Shown here one piece after another: positions 6,693 through 15,581 of a DNA stretch of 32,000 nucleotides (positions are counted from its first letter, which is position 1; each line of letters starts with the position of its first letter). Source of the DNA: Fibrobacter succinogenes subsp. succinogenes S85 (GTDB lineage: Bacteria > Fibrobacterota > Fibrobacteria > Fibrobacterales > Fibrobacteraceae); NCBI RefSeq assembly GCF_000146505.1, contig NC_017448.1:750001-782000 (forward strand), read 5' to 3'. The translations under genes and the position numbers were made by a program. A model generated the notes under the pieces. That model was given only the letters and a program-made list of their open reading frames with translations. It had not been told where the DNA came from and searched no databases.

Positions 6693-8177
6693 TTACCCGT
6701 GATATAATTTACTCGTCTGGTAATTCGGTTCAGACGTGAGGTTCACACCGAGGCGGCGGAACACACCAACGTCAACCTGCGAAAGAATCACGCTGGAGTG
6801 GACTTCGCAATGGCGGAGTTCCGGGAGTTTTTCGAGCGCAATCTTTGCATTGTAATCCGTCAGAGCACAAACGGAGAGAGCCACGAGGACTTCGTCCATG
6901 TGCAAGCGCGGGTTCTTGTGGCCGAGCTGCTTGGTCTTGAGGTTCTGAATCGGTTCAATCACCATCGGAGAGAGCAAGCGGACTTCGTCCGGGATGCCAG
7001 CCAAGTGCTTGAGAGAATCAAGCAGCATAGCAGAAGAAGCACCGAGAAGCGAAGAAGTCTTGCCCGTAATAATCGTACCGTCGTTCAGTTCAATAGCGAC
7101 TGCCGGACCGTTCGTTTCTTCAGCCTTTGCCACAGCGGCGACAGCAACCTTGCGGTCCTTAGCGCTGATGTGAGCCTGTTCCATCACGAGTTCAAGCTTG
7201 TAGACTTGATCCTTTTCGGCATTGCCCTTGCGGACTTGGCACAAAGTATTGTAGTAACGGCGGATGATTTCGGCATTGGCGGCTTCACAAACAGCAGCGT
7301 CGTCAACAATGCAGTTGCCAGCCATGTTCACGCCCATGTCCGTCGGGCTCTTGTACGGAGATTCACCGAGGATGCGAGTGAAGAGAGCGTTCAACACCGG
7401 GAAAATTTCGACGTCACGATTGTAATTAATCGTTGTCTTGCCGTAAGCTTCCAAGTGGAACGGATCAATCATGTTCACGTCGTTCAAGTCGGCCGTTGCA
7501 GCTTCGTATGCAAGGTTGACCGGGTGCTTGAGCGGGATGTTCCAAATCGGGAACGTTTCAAACTTGGCGTAGCCAGCCTTGACTCCACGCTTGTTTTCAT
7601 GATAAATTTGCGAGAGGCAGACAGCCATCTTTCCACTGCCCGGACCCGGAGCGGTCACCACCACGAGTTCGCGAGAAGTTTCAACAAATTCATTTTTACC
7701 ATAACCATCATCGCTCACCACGAGCGGGATGTTGCTCGGATAACCGGCAATCGGATAATGGCGATAGACCTTGAGTCCGAGGCCTTCGAGCTTTTTCTGG
7801 TAAGCAACTGCGCTCGGCTGTTCTTGCCAGCGGGTCAGCACCACACTGCTCACGTAAAGGCCATAACCGCGGAAAGCGTCAATCAGGCGAAGAACGTCTT
7901 GATCGTAAGTAATCCCGAGGTCGCCACGAACCTTGTTCTTTTCGATGTCGCCAGCATTGATGGCGATGATGACTTCGGCCTTATCCTTGAGCTTTTCGAG
8001 CATGCGAATTTTGGAGTCAGGAGCAAAGCCCGGCAAAACGCGGCTTGCATGATGGTCATCAAAAAGTTTTCCACCAAATTCAAGATAAAGTTTTCCACCA
8101 AATTTAGAGATACGTTCTTGAATTTTTTCAGATTGAGTTTTTAGATAAGCATCGTTATCAAAACCAACTTTAAACAT
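6693..8177 (-). CDS. DUF1846 / UPF0371 family protein
   Basis: Strong family signature throughout: GGKLYLEFGGKLFDDHHASRVLPGF.PD.K, VVTAPGPGSGK, GYAKFETFPIWN.PL.HPVNLAYEAATADL.DVNMIDPFH, SPTDMGVNM. Confidence 0.9.
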   Translation of the reverse strand: MFKVGFDNDAYLKTQSEKIQERISKFGGKLYLEFGGKLFDDHHASRVLPGFAPDSKIRMLEKLKDKAEVIIAINAGDIEKNKVRGDLGITYDQDVLRLIDAFRGYGLYVSSVVLTRWQEQPSAVAYQKKLEGLGLKVYRHYPIAGYPSNIPLVVSDDGYGKNEFVETSRELVVVTAPGPGSGKMAVCLSQIYHENKRGVKAGYAKFETFPIWNIPLKHPVNLAYEAATADLNDVNMIDPFHLEAYGKTTINYNRDVEIFPVLNALFTRILGESPYKSPTDMGVNMAGNCIVDDAAVCEAANAEIIRRYYNTLCQVRKGNAEKDQVYKLELVMEQAHISAKDRKVAVAAVAKAEETNGPAVAIELNDGTIITGKTSSLLGASSAMLLDSLKHLAGIPDEVRLLSPMVIEPIQNLKTKQLGHKNPRLHMDEVLVALSVCALTDYNAKIALEKLPELRHCEVHSSVILSQVDVGVFRRLGVNLTSEPNYQTSKLYHG

Positions 8178-8273
8178 ATATCACTACCATTTTTAGGGTT
8201 TTCACAATTATAAAAAAATGTAAACCACTATCTCAAGTCCAAAAAACTATTTTTTTGCCATATTTCTAAATTT

Positions 8274-9911
8274 GTGGCATACATGTTTACATATCGCTAC
8301 AGAGAACTCGCCGTCGCCCTTGAAAAAAAAGGCGAAGTCCGTCTTGCGCTCGCCAAGACGCTCCGAGTGAACCCCGAAGAAATCTTCAATCTCGAAGTCG
8401 AACGTTTTTCGCTGGACTCCCGACGCAAAGGCGACTTGCACTGGTCCTACAATGTCGTTTTTGACCTGAAGCGCAAAGTCCGAGCCTCGGGGAACAACGC
8501 CCGTGGGCTCATCGAATCTAAACGCGAGATTCGCAGCCTCGATGCAGAACCGTTAAAAGACACTGTAACGATGGCAAGCCACGTGGACGTGATTGGAGCA
8601 GGTCCTAGCGGTCTCTGGGCGGCGCTACATCTTTTGCGCAAAGGGTTCTCCGTCGACATCTATGAACAAGGTAAACAAGTCGAAGAACGTTTTCGCGACA
8701 TCCGCAAGTTCTTTGTAGACCGCAAGTTCAACGCCTACAGCAACGTGTTATTTGGTGAAGGTGGAGCTGGCGCATTCAGCGATGGCAAGCTCAACACCCG
8801 TAGCCGCAACCTGTTCAGCGAAACCGTACTCAAGGACATGGTGGACTTTGGCGTTGACGAAAGCGTCGTCACATTTGCAAAGCCGCACATTGGTACAGAC
8901 AAACTTGTACTCATGTTGCGTCAAATCCGCGCCGAGATTGTCCGACTTGGCGGGCATATCCATTTCAACACGAGCCTTGAAGATATTGAAATCAAGGAAG
9001 GTCGCATTTGCGCGATCAAGCTCGGTGATGCGCTCGGTGTTGCCGGCTCGCATTGGCAACCGTGCGAAGCGCTGGTCCTTGCAGTTGGGCATTCCGCTCG
9101 TAGCGTTTACGAGATGCTCCACGCTCGCGGCGTGACTCTCGAAAGCAAGGCGTTCGCCATGGGCGTCCGCGTTGAACACCCGCAGTCGCTCATCAACATG
9201 CGACAGCTCGGGCTGAACGTCGATACAAGACTCACTGGAGCCGCCGAATATTTCCTCGCCACGCCGACAATCAACAAGACTTCGAGCGCCTACAGCTTTT
9301 GCATGTGCCCCGGCGGAGTCCTTGTGCCATGTGCCTCGGAACCGGGAACGCTTGCGACAAACGGCATGAGCTATAGCCGCCGCAATGGCGCATTTGCTAA
9401 CGGAGCCATCGCCGTCCCGATTACAGCAGGCGCCGAAGGCTTTGACATTACTTCAAGCGGTTCGCTTTTTGGCGGTCTCGACTTGCAACGAAAAATCGAA
9501 ACAGACGCCTACAACGTCGGCGGAAAAGTTTACGCCGCTCCCGCGCAAACGATCAAGAACTTCCTCGCCCACCGCGAAGACAAAACGCTCCCCAAAACCA
9601 CCTACCCTTGCGGGCTCGTGCCAAGCAATCTGTGGGATTGGATGGACACGACGATTTGCCAAAGTCTCGCCGAAGGCTTCCAAAATTTTGACCGCAAAAT
9701 TCCGGGATTCATCAACGAAGGCCTAATTGTCGCCCCCGAAACGCGCACTAGCTCGCCGCTCCGCATCACGCGCAACAACGAAACTCTCGAAAGCGTAAAC
9801 ACCCAAGGGCTCTTCGTCCTCGGCGAAGGAGCCGGCTACGCGGGCGGAATCGTCACCAGTGCCGCAGACGGCGTACGACTTGCACACTACGCGAAAAAGG
9901 AAAAAATATGA
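8274..9911 (+). CDS. FAD-dependent protein (COG2509, NAD(FAD)-utilising dehydrogenase family)
   Basis: Rossmann dinucleotide motif VDVIGAGPSGLWAAL, and a C-terminal GLFVLGEGAGYAGGI motif typical of this family. The track start at 8274 is GTG; ATG at 8283 is an equally likely start. Confidence 0.85.
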   Translation: MAYMFTYRYRELAVALEKKGEVRLALAKTLRVNPEEIFNLEVERFSLDSRRKGDLHWSYNVVFDLKRKVRASGNNARGLIESKREIRSLDAEPLKDTVTMASHVDVIGAGPSGLWAALHLLRKGFSVDIYEQGKQVEERFRDIRKFFVDRKFNAYSNVLFGEGGAGAFSDGKLNTRSRNLFSETVLKDMVDFGVDESVVTFAKPHIGTDKLVLMLRQIRAEIVRLGGHIHFNTSLEDIEIKEGRICAIKLGDALGVAGSHWQPCEALVLAVGHSARSVYEMLHARGVTLESKAFAMGVRVEHPQSLINMRQLGLNVDTRLTGAAEYFLATPTINKTSSAYSFCMCPGGVLVPCASEPGTLATNGMSYSRRNGAFANGAIAVPITAGAEGFDITSSGSLFGGLDLQRKIETDAYNVGGKVYAAPAQTIKNFLAHREDKTLPKTTYPCGLVPSNLWDWMDTTICQSLAEGFQNFDRKIPGFINEGLIVAPETRTSSPLRITRNNETLESVNTQGLFVLGEGAGYAGGIVTSAADGVRLAHYAKKEKI

Positions 9912-10056
9912 GCTATGAGGTCGCTTCGCTTTGGGGGCGTGCTAAAGCACTTTGGGGACGCATCGCTTTGAGTAAAAAACATTGTTTCCTGACATTATTC
10001 CTCAAAGCACCGATTGGTGCGAGCCCATACCTCATTACCCCATACCCCAAAAGCTT

Positions 10057-11217
10057 ATGATTACACGTACTATCGATCGCAATTTTGCAAACATGCGCCT
10101 TGACCGTTTCCTCCGCAAGGCATTCCCCGAAGAATCGCTCTCGGTGTTCTTCGCAGTCATCCGCAAAAAGAAAGTCCGTGTAAACGGCGTTGTCGGCAAG
10201 GCTAACCAGATGCTCGTCGAAGGCGACGTGGTCAACATTTACGAGAACTTCAAGTCGGTAAACGAATCAGACGAGAGACGAGAGACGAAAGACGAGAGGA
10301 ATATAAATGGGGAAAGCCTTCCCCTCGCTTCCGCCGCCGAAGCGGCTCCCGCTACCCCTTCGAGCGGGGACACCCCGCAACGCCCCGATGCAAAAAGTGC
10401 AACAGGTTTCGCCAAGAACAAGTCCACCTGGGGCCGCCACCTCACAGGTGCCGAAAAGCAGGCGCACTGGGGCGCTCACGAGCTCGACCTCGTCGTGCAA
10501 ACCGAAGATTATGTGATTGTGAACAAGCCCTCGGGACTCGCAAGCCAGCCGGGCAGCGGCACGCGCCCAGGCGAAAGCCTCGTGGAATACCTCTGGGAAT
10601 GGGGACGTAACGAAGGTCTCGATTTCAAGCCGACCATCGCCCACCGCCTCGACCAAGAAACTTCCGGCCTCATCATTGCAGCTCTCCACGGCGACACGCT
10701 CCGCGACTTCACCCGCATGATTCGCGAACATGTCGTAGACAAGTTCTACTTTGCACTCGTCAAGGGGAACCTCAAGAAAGACCGCGGCACCATCAGCGAA
10801 TCGCTCCTGCGCACAGACAGCGCCAAGGGCAGCAAGATGCTCGTCGGTCAAGATGACGAAAACGCACAGAAGGCCATCACGCATTACCGCGTCAAGCAAC
10901 ATTATGAAGGCTACGATCTTGTGAAAATCAAGCTCGAAACAGGCCGCATGCACCAGATCCGCGCCCACTTCGCAAGCATCGGGCATCCGCTTCTCGGCGA
11001 TACGCGTTACGGCGATTTCGCGCTCAATCGCGAAGTCAAAAAGTTGTTCGGTCTGAACCGCTTATTTTTGCACAGCTGTCGTCTGGAATTCGATTGGCAA
11101 GGCGAACATAAAGTTTTTGATTGCCCTCTCCCCAAGGAACTCCGTGACGTCATCAAGCAGCTCAAGCCGATGCGCTTTGAACGTCCTGAAAACAACTTCC
11201 AAAGAAGCAGACGATAA
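10057..11217 (+). CDS. RluA-family (RluC/RluD-like) 23S rRNA pseudouridine synthase with an N-terminal S4 domain and a ~90-aa low-complexity insertion
   Basis: S4 domain MRLDRFLRKAF; catalytic motif HRLDQETSGLII; C-terminal GRMHQIRAH. The start is moved to ATG 10057 (MITRTIDRNF...). The track start at 9982 is TTG with no support. Confidence 0.88.
   Translation: MITRTIDRNFANMRLDRFLRKAFPEESLSVFFAVIRKKKVRVNGVVGKANQMLVEGDVVNIYENFKSVNESDERRETKDERNINGESLPLASAAEAAPATPSSGDTPQRPDAKSATGFAKNKSTWGRHLTGAEKQAHWGAHELDLVVQTEDYVIVNKPSGLASQPGSGTRPGESLVEYLWEWGRNEGLDFKPTIAHRLDQETSGLIIAALHGDTLRDFTRMIREHVVDKFYFALVKGNLKKDRGTISESLLRTDSAKGSKMLVGQDDENAQKAITHYRVKQHYEGYDLVKIKLETGRMHQIRAHFASIGHPLLGDTRYGDFALNREVKKLFGLNRLFLHSCRLEFDWQGEHKVFDCPLPKELRDVIKQLKPMRFERPENNFQRSRR
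10270..10297 (+). repeat. Heptanucleotide tandem repeat (GACGAGA x4, third unit GACGAAA) inside the pseudouridine synthase CDS
   Basis: Read directly: GACGAGA GACGAGA GACGAAA GACGAGA. It encodes DERRETKDER within the low-complexity insert. Confidence 0.8.
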
Positions 11218-11220
11218 AAT

Positions 11221-11250
11221 GGCGATGCCGCAACAGGGTGCGGCATGACA
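11221..11250. repeat. Hairpin-family copy D: GGCGATGCCGCAACAGGGTGCGGCATGACA
   Basis: Stem ATGCCGCA (11225-11232) pairs with TGCGGCAT (11239-11246), between the convergent pseudouridine synthase and helicase genes. On the minus strand it is followed by CGCCATTTTAT, so it may terminate the helicase gene. Confidence 0.6.
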
Positions 11251-11259
11251 ACTGCAAAG

Positions 11260-13671
11260 CTATCCCCGCACTAGCGGGAAATCGAACTGAATCGAGCGCG
11301 GGGTCGCAAACTTGTCAAAAGTAATTTCGTAACAGAAGTTCTTTTTATCGACACCGCTAACGGTCCCGATTCCAAAAATCTTGTGTACCACACGATCGCC
11401 TACCGCAAATTCTGCCGTAGGCGCTTTCTTTACTGCGCCAAGACTCTCGTCTTCATCAAAATCGTTCATCAAGTCACGATTTCGGTCCGATTCAGCAATA
11501 AAAGCCCGTGCCGCCAAAAGCAAATCGTCCGAGAATCCGCGCGCCACATCAAGCTCGTCCATGTTCATTTCGAGCAAAAATCTCGACGGATAGCGTGACC
11601 CGCTCTCGCCCGCCACGCCATCTTCGGCGTCGCTCAGGCAAAGCACGTTTTCGGCACGCGTGAACGCCACATACGCAAGCCTGCGCTCTTCTTCTAGCTG
11701 CATCTTGTTCTGCACGCGCTTCACCGGGAAAAAGCCCTCGTTCAAACCGCACACAAAAACGTACGGGAATTCCAATCCCTTCGCATTGTGGATTGTCATG
11801 AGCTGCACACGGTCCTTTTCCTGCGAATCTTCATCCGCATTCGTGAACAGCACGATGTTTTGCAAATACTCATCAAGCGAGGCATCTTCTTCGTAGTAAT
11901 TCTCGAATTCAAGAATTCCCTGTTTGAGTTCCGCGAGATTGTCCAAGCGGTCTTCATCGCCATCCAATCGAAGCATTTCCTCATACTTCGTCTCGCGAAG
12001 CATCTTCGAAAGCAATTCCGAGACGCGCATATCCTTATAACGCGAACGATACTTTTCAATCAACTTCACGTATTCAACGACGTTGCTTCTCGACAAGAAT
12101 TCCTTGCAGTCAAAATCAATTTTCCGATGGTCATTGCCAACCGACGAAAGTTCCGCCTGCGTCGTGACATCAGGCGCCACATCGTTCAGGCGCCCCGCCT
12201 CGTACACAATTTCAAGCAAAGCCTCGTAAAGCCCGACCTTGCGCGTATCCGCAAACGCCTGCAAAATCGCCATTTTCTTCGGCCCGAACTGGCGCTTTGG
12301 CGTATTCACCGTCCGGATAAACGACAAGTCGTCGGCATACACGAGCATTCGCAAATAGCAAATGATATCCTTGATTTCCTTGCGCTGGTAAAAGCCAACC
12401 CCGCTATAGACCTTATACGGGATAGACTCCGACATCAGCGCCTCTTCAACAGAGCGCGACTGCGAATGCATACGGTACAAAACCGCAATATCCTTGTAAT
12501 GTACGCCACCAGCACCATTTTTCACAGAATTCTGTACCGCATTCTGGATGCGTTCTACAATCCATTTCGCTTCTTCGCGAGTGTTCTTTGCATGGTAAAA
12601 CACGGGAGTCTTGCCGCCTGCACGGACAGGCCTCAAGACCTTCTCGATTCGGTACTTGTTATTTTTGATGACCGCATCCGGCACCTTCAAAATGCTCGGC
12701 GTCGAGCGGTAATTGTTCTGCAACAGAATCGTCTTCGTGCCTTTATGGAACTGGTCAAATTCCAAAATGCGATTGATATCGGCACCGCGCCAGCCATAAA
12801 TCGTCTGGTCCGGGTCGCCCACCACAAACAGGTTCTTGTGGTAACTCGAAAGCAAATCCGCCAAACAATACTGTTGACCGTCAATGTCCTGGTACTCGTC
12901 GACCATCACGTACATCATGCGCTTGCGCCACTTGTCGAGCTTTTCCGGGAAATTTTCCAGAATATATAGCGTTACCAGAATCAAGTCATCAAAATCGAGC
13001 GCGTAATTTTTCTTTTGCTCGTACAGATAGCGGTAATAAACCGCCATCCACTTGTCCGGAGCCTCGTCCGCAAGCTCCACCAGATGCTCGCGTTTCTCGT
13101 TTTCAACCGCCGGCGCATTCTCGGCAGCCGATGCACCCACCTCATCCGCCAAGTGTTCCGCAAACAGCGACACATACCCAATATCATTCGCCTTGCGACC
13201 ACCCACAAAATCAAGGACACTGCTGATTTTCAAGTCCTTGAGCGAGAACCCCAAATCCGCATACGCCTTGCGCAAAAGCGACTTCTGGTCATCCTCGTCC
13301 AGAATCATGAATTCCTTCGGGTAATTCAGCACATGGATTTCTTCGCGCAAGAACTGCACGCAAAAGCCATGGAACGTAGAAATGTAGCCACTATCATCGC
13401 CGCCCAGAATCGATCGGATGCGCTTTTTCATTTCGGCAGCCGCCTTGTTCGTGAACGTCACACAGAGAATATTCGCAGGCGAAATGCCCATTTCCTTCAC
13501 GAGATACAGATAGCGGTGCGTGAGCGTCCGAGTTTTACCCGACCCCGCCCCAGCCACCACGCGCACGTAGCCCTCAGTTGTCTCAACCGCCTCAAGCTGC
13601 TCCTTGTCCAGGCGGGAACGCTCCCATTCAAGGGAGTTTTCAATATTTTCGCTTTTCGGGCTTTTTTCCAT
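11260..13671 (-). CDS. UvrD/PcrA/Rep-family ATP-dependent DNA helicase (superfamily 1A)
   Basis: Walker A VVAGAGSGKTRTL; motifs VDEYQD, GDPDQTIYGWRGA, LQNNYRS, TIHNAKGLEF and VAFTRA; a C-terminal Tudor-like tail (GDRVVHKIFGIGTV). Confidence 0.93.
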   Translation of the reverse strand: MEKSPKSENIENSLEWERSRLDKEQLEAVETTEGYVRVVAGAGSGKTRTLTHRYLYLVKEMGISPANILCVTFTNKAAAEMKKRIRSILGGDDSGYISTFHGFCVQFLREEIHVLNYPKEFMILDEDDQKSLLRKAYADLGFSLKDLKISSVLDFVGGRKANDIGYVSLFAEHLADEVGASAAENAPAVENEKREHLVELADEAPDKWMAVYYRYLYEQKKNYALDFDDLILVTLYILENFPEKLDKWRKRMMYVMVDEYQDIDGQQYCLADLLSSYHKNLFVVGDPDQTIYGWRGADINRILEFDQFHKGTKTILLQNNYRSTPSILKVPDAVIKNNKYRIEKVLRPVRAGGKTPVFYHAKNTREEAKWIVERIQNAVQNSVKNGAGGVHYKDIAVLYRMHSQSRSVEEALMSESIPYKVYSGVGFYQRKEIKDIICYLRMLVYADDLSFIRTVNTPKRQFGPKKMAILQAFADTRKVGLYEALLEIVYEAGRLNDVAPDVTTQAELSSVGNDHRKIDFDCKEFLSRSNVVEYVKLIEKYRSRYKDMRVSELLSKMLRETKYEEMLRLDGDEDRLDNLAELKQGILEFENYYEEDASLDEYLQNIVLFTNADEDSQEKDRVQLMTIHNAKGLEFPYVFVCGLNEGFFPVKRVQNKMQLEEERRLAYVAFTRAENVLCLSDAEDGVAGESGSRYPSRFLLEMNMDELDVARGFSDDLLLAARAFIAESDRNRDLMNDFDEDESLGAVKKAPTAEFAVGDRVVHKIFGIGTVSGVDKKNFCYEITFDKFATPRSIQFDFPLVRG

Positions 13672-13874
13672 ACGCGCACCGCCTTGTAGTGAACATCTGT
13701 TTTACTGCACAAAAAGTAATCTATTTATAGAAATCCGTCAAGTTTTACGCAATTTTTCCCCATCGTTCTATCTTGGAATACCGTCATAAACTTTTCCTAA
13801 GCTTTTTGTAAGTTCTGAGATATATTTAATGACGGAGCAATGATAAAACCACAATTTGAGCCAAGGAGGCAAAT

Positions 13875-14660
13875 ATGTTTACGAAGCTCTCCAAAACTGT
13901 GGCTATTTCTGTTATTATGTGCTGTACGTTGTCCTTTGCACAAGCAGATACAGAAGCAAACAACAACGAAATACCCAACCCTAGTACGATTAGCCAAGTC
14001 CAAACCACTGATCAACAAGCTACGTTAACGCCGGTCCAAACATCATGCGAATATAAGGAAAAAAATCAAATTCGACACAGAAAGACCATACAGAGCATGA
14101 ACTTCAGCCTTCCAATCGAATCTGAAAGATGGAAAATTAAGCCACAGCGTTTTGACTGGAAATCAATAGGTTACCAGTTCAGCTGGACTCGCTATGGAAC
14201 CGAAGAAAACGGCTATTCTTCCGTATTTGGTCTAGGAATCGGCTTTTTAACAGGTAATTTGGAAGACAACATCGACATGAAAGGTCTTGATTTCAACATC
14301 AAGGTCGGTCTCGGTATGGCCCCGATATCAAATAACCTGATCATCGCGTTTCACTTCATTTGCGGTCTTGACCTAAAAGTTGTCGAAGGCGATATATCCG
14401 TACAAACAGATGCCCGTCATACATACAAGTTTACACACGGTTCCGCCTACATAGACGCATTCTTTGGTGGAGACCTGATTATCGGCTACCACATTTTTGA
14501 ATCGTTAGGCATTATCAGCGGTGTAGATATTACAACAAACGCCTATGGAATTGGAGCTTACTATACAGATCTTGAACAGAAATCAAAAGTTTATAAGATG
14601 AGCTACCTATTCACCGGTGTAAACATCACCCCTCACATAGGCCTATTTTTCCTCTTCTAA
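13875..14660 (+). CDS. Hypothetical secreted protein, probable outer-membrane beta-barrel
   Basis: Signal peptide MFTKLSKTVAISVIMCCTLSFAQA. Alternating hydrophobic/aromatic pattern rich in G/Y/F. C-terminal aromatic residue (...HIGLFFLF). RBS AAGGAGG lies upstream. Confidence 0.6.
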   Translation: MFTKLSKTVAISVIMCCTLSFAQADTEANNNEIPNPSTISQVQTTDQQATLTPVQTSCEYKEKNQIRHRKTIQSMNFSLPIESERWKIKPQRFDWKSIGYQFSWTRYGTEENGYSSVFGLGIGFLTGNLEDNIDMKGLDFNIKVGLGMAPISNNLIIAFHFICGLDLKVVEGDISVQTDARHTYKFTHGSAYIDAFFGGDLIIGYHIFESLGIISGVDITTNAYGIGAYYTDLEQKSKVYKMSYLFTGVNITPHIGLFFLF

Positions 14661-14696
14661 TTTCATTCTATTCTCTCTATTCCTCCTAAGACCACT

Positions 14697-14731
14697 CCCC
14701 TGCACGCAAAAGTGCAGGGGTTTTCGTTCTT
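14697..14731 (+). terminator. Rho-independent terminator after the beta-barrel gene
   Basis: CCCCTGCAC (14697-14705), loop GCAAAA, GTGCAGGGG (14712-14720), then TTTTCGTTCTT. Confidence 0.8.
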
Positions 14732-14797
14732 AAAAGGTTCTTTTTCTTCCTTTTTTTGTATATATTAAAACAGACAAATTTTTTGAAGAGGGAATCA

Positions 14798-15112
14798 ATG
14801 ATTATCGTCAACACAGACTTTATCAGCGGCAAGGAAATTGAAACCATCCAGCTCGTCAAGGGGAGCATTGTATTTTCAAAGAACGTTGTCCGAGACGTTT
14901 TTGCAGGGCTCAAGACTATTATCGGCGGGGAAATCAAAGGATATTCCGAGATGATGAGCGAAGCTCGCCAAGAAGCGACGGACCGCATGATTCGCGAAGC
15001 CACCATGATTGGTGCAGACGCCATCGTGAATGTCCGCTACGCCACAAGCTGCCTTATGGCAGGCGCAGCCGAAATTATTGCCTACGGAACGGCAGTCCGC
15101 TTCAAGAAATAG
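14798..15112 (+). CDS. YbjQ / UPF0145 (DUF74) family protein
   Basis: Typical family sequence: MIIVNTDFISGKEIE...VKG....SKN..RD.FAGLK.IIGGEI.GY.......R.EA...M...A...GADAIVNVRY. The start is moved to ATG 14798, preceded by AGAGGGA. Confidence 0.85.
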   Translation: MIIVNTDFISGKEIETIQLVKGSIVFSKNVVRDVFAGLKTIIGGEIKGYSEMMSEARQEATDRMIREATMIGADAIVNVRYATSCLMAGAAEIIAYGTAVRFKK

Positions 15113-15115
15113 CCA

Positions 15116-15460
15116 CTACAAATAGCGCTGGCACAAAAGGATTGCAAGCGCAGTCGCAAAAGCCATATAGGTAAACACAAAAACCACCGCCTTTTTACGA
15201 CTGCCTTCCAAACGAATCTCAGGCAGTGTGCTCATAAAGCATATCTGCCACAAATCAAAAAGGATCCAAGCAAGATTCACCGCAGCAAGACTCATACCGA
15301 CATGATGCGGAGCAATAATCGCAACAAGGGTCAAATAAATTTTAATGCTTCCCGAAACACTATTCGCAAGCAAGAAGTTATGCGCCCCGACAAATCCGCC
15401 CAAGCATGCAACGACTGCCATTTGAGTCCGGTTGCGAGGTTTCAATTCACTAAAGTCCAT
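15116..15460 (-). CDS. TM2-domain-like small membrane protein
   Basis: LGGFVGAHNFLL resembles the TM2-domain G..GAH.FY motif, and there are three or four hydrophobic helices. The start is placed at ATG 15458-15460, preceded by GGGAGA. The family call is tentative. Confidence 0.6.
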   Translation of the reverse strand: MDFSELKPRNRTQMAVVACLGGFVGAHNFLLANSVSGSIKIYLTLVAIIAPHHVGMSLAAVNLAWILFDLWQICFMSTLPEIRLEGSRKKAVVFVFTYMAFATALAILLCQRYL

Positions 15461-15545
15461 TCGATCTCCCATATACACACTCGATGCCAAAGGTAAAAAC
15501 TTTCTCTACATTCAAAAAATTTTATAGTTCTTACATTTTAAACAC

Positions 15546-15561
15546 GGTGATTTAAATCACA
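15546..15561. promoter_or_regulatory. Perfect 14-bp palindrome GTGATTTAAATCAC (CRP/FNR-like GGTGA-N6-TCACA) in the TM2/ispD divergent region
   Basis: Read directly. It lies 20 nt upstream of the ispD ATG. The half-sites match the CRP/FNR-family TGTGA-N6-TCACA consensus in 9 of 10 positions. Confidence 0.3.
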
Positions 15562-15581
15562 AAACTTTCTATTTTTTAATT

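Noticed and set aside
6798-8144. 448-aa ORF on the plus strand
   Set aside because: It lies entirely antisense to the DUF1846/UPF0371 gene, whose translation carries unmistakable family motifs. The plus-strand product is low-complexity (R/V/F/H/A-rich) with no recognisable domain. It is a shadow ORF produced by codon bias.
9982-10056. TTG-initiated extension of the pseudouridine synthase ORF
   Set aside because: The start codon is non-canonical and the extra residues are not conserved-looking. ATG 10057 lies immediately before the S4 domain.
11788-13689. 393-aa and 224-aa plus-strand ORFs
   Set aside because: They are antisense to the UvrD/PcrA helicase, which contains all SF1 helicase motifs.
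14686-15024. 112-aa minus-strand ORF
   Set aside because: It is antisense to the well-supported YbjQ/UPF0145 gene and begins inside the upstream terminator.
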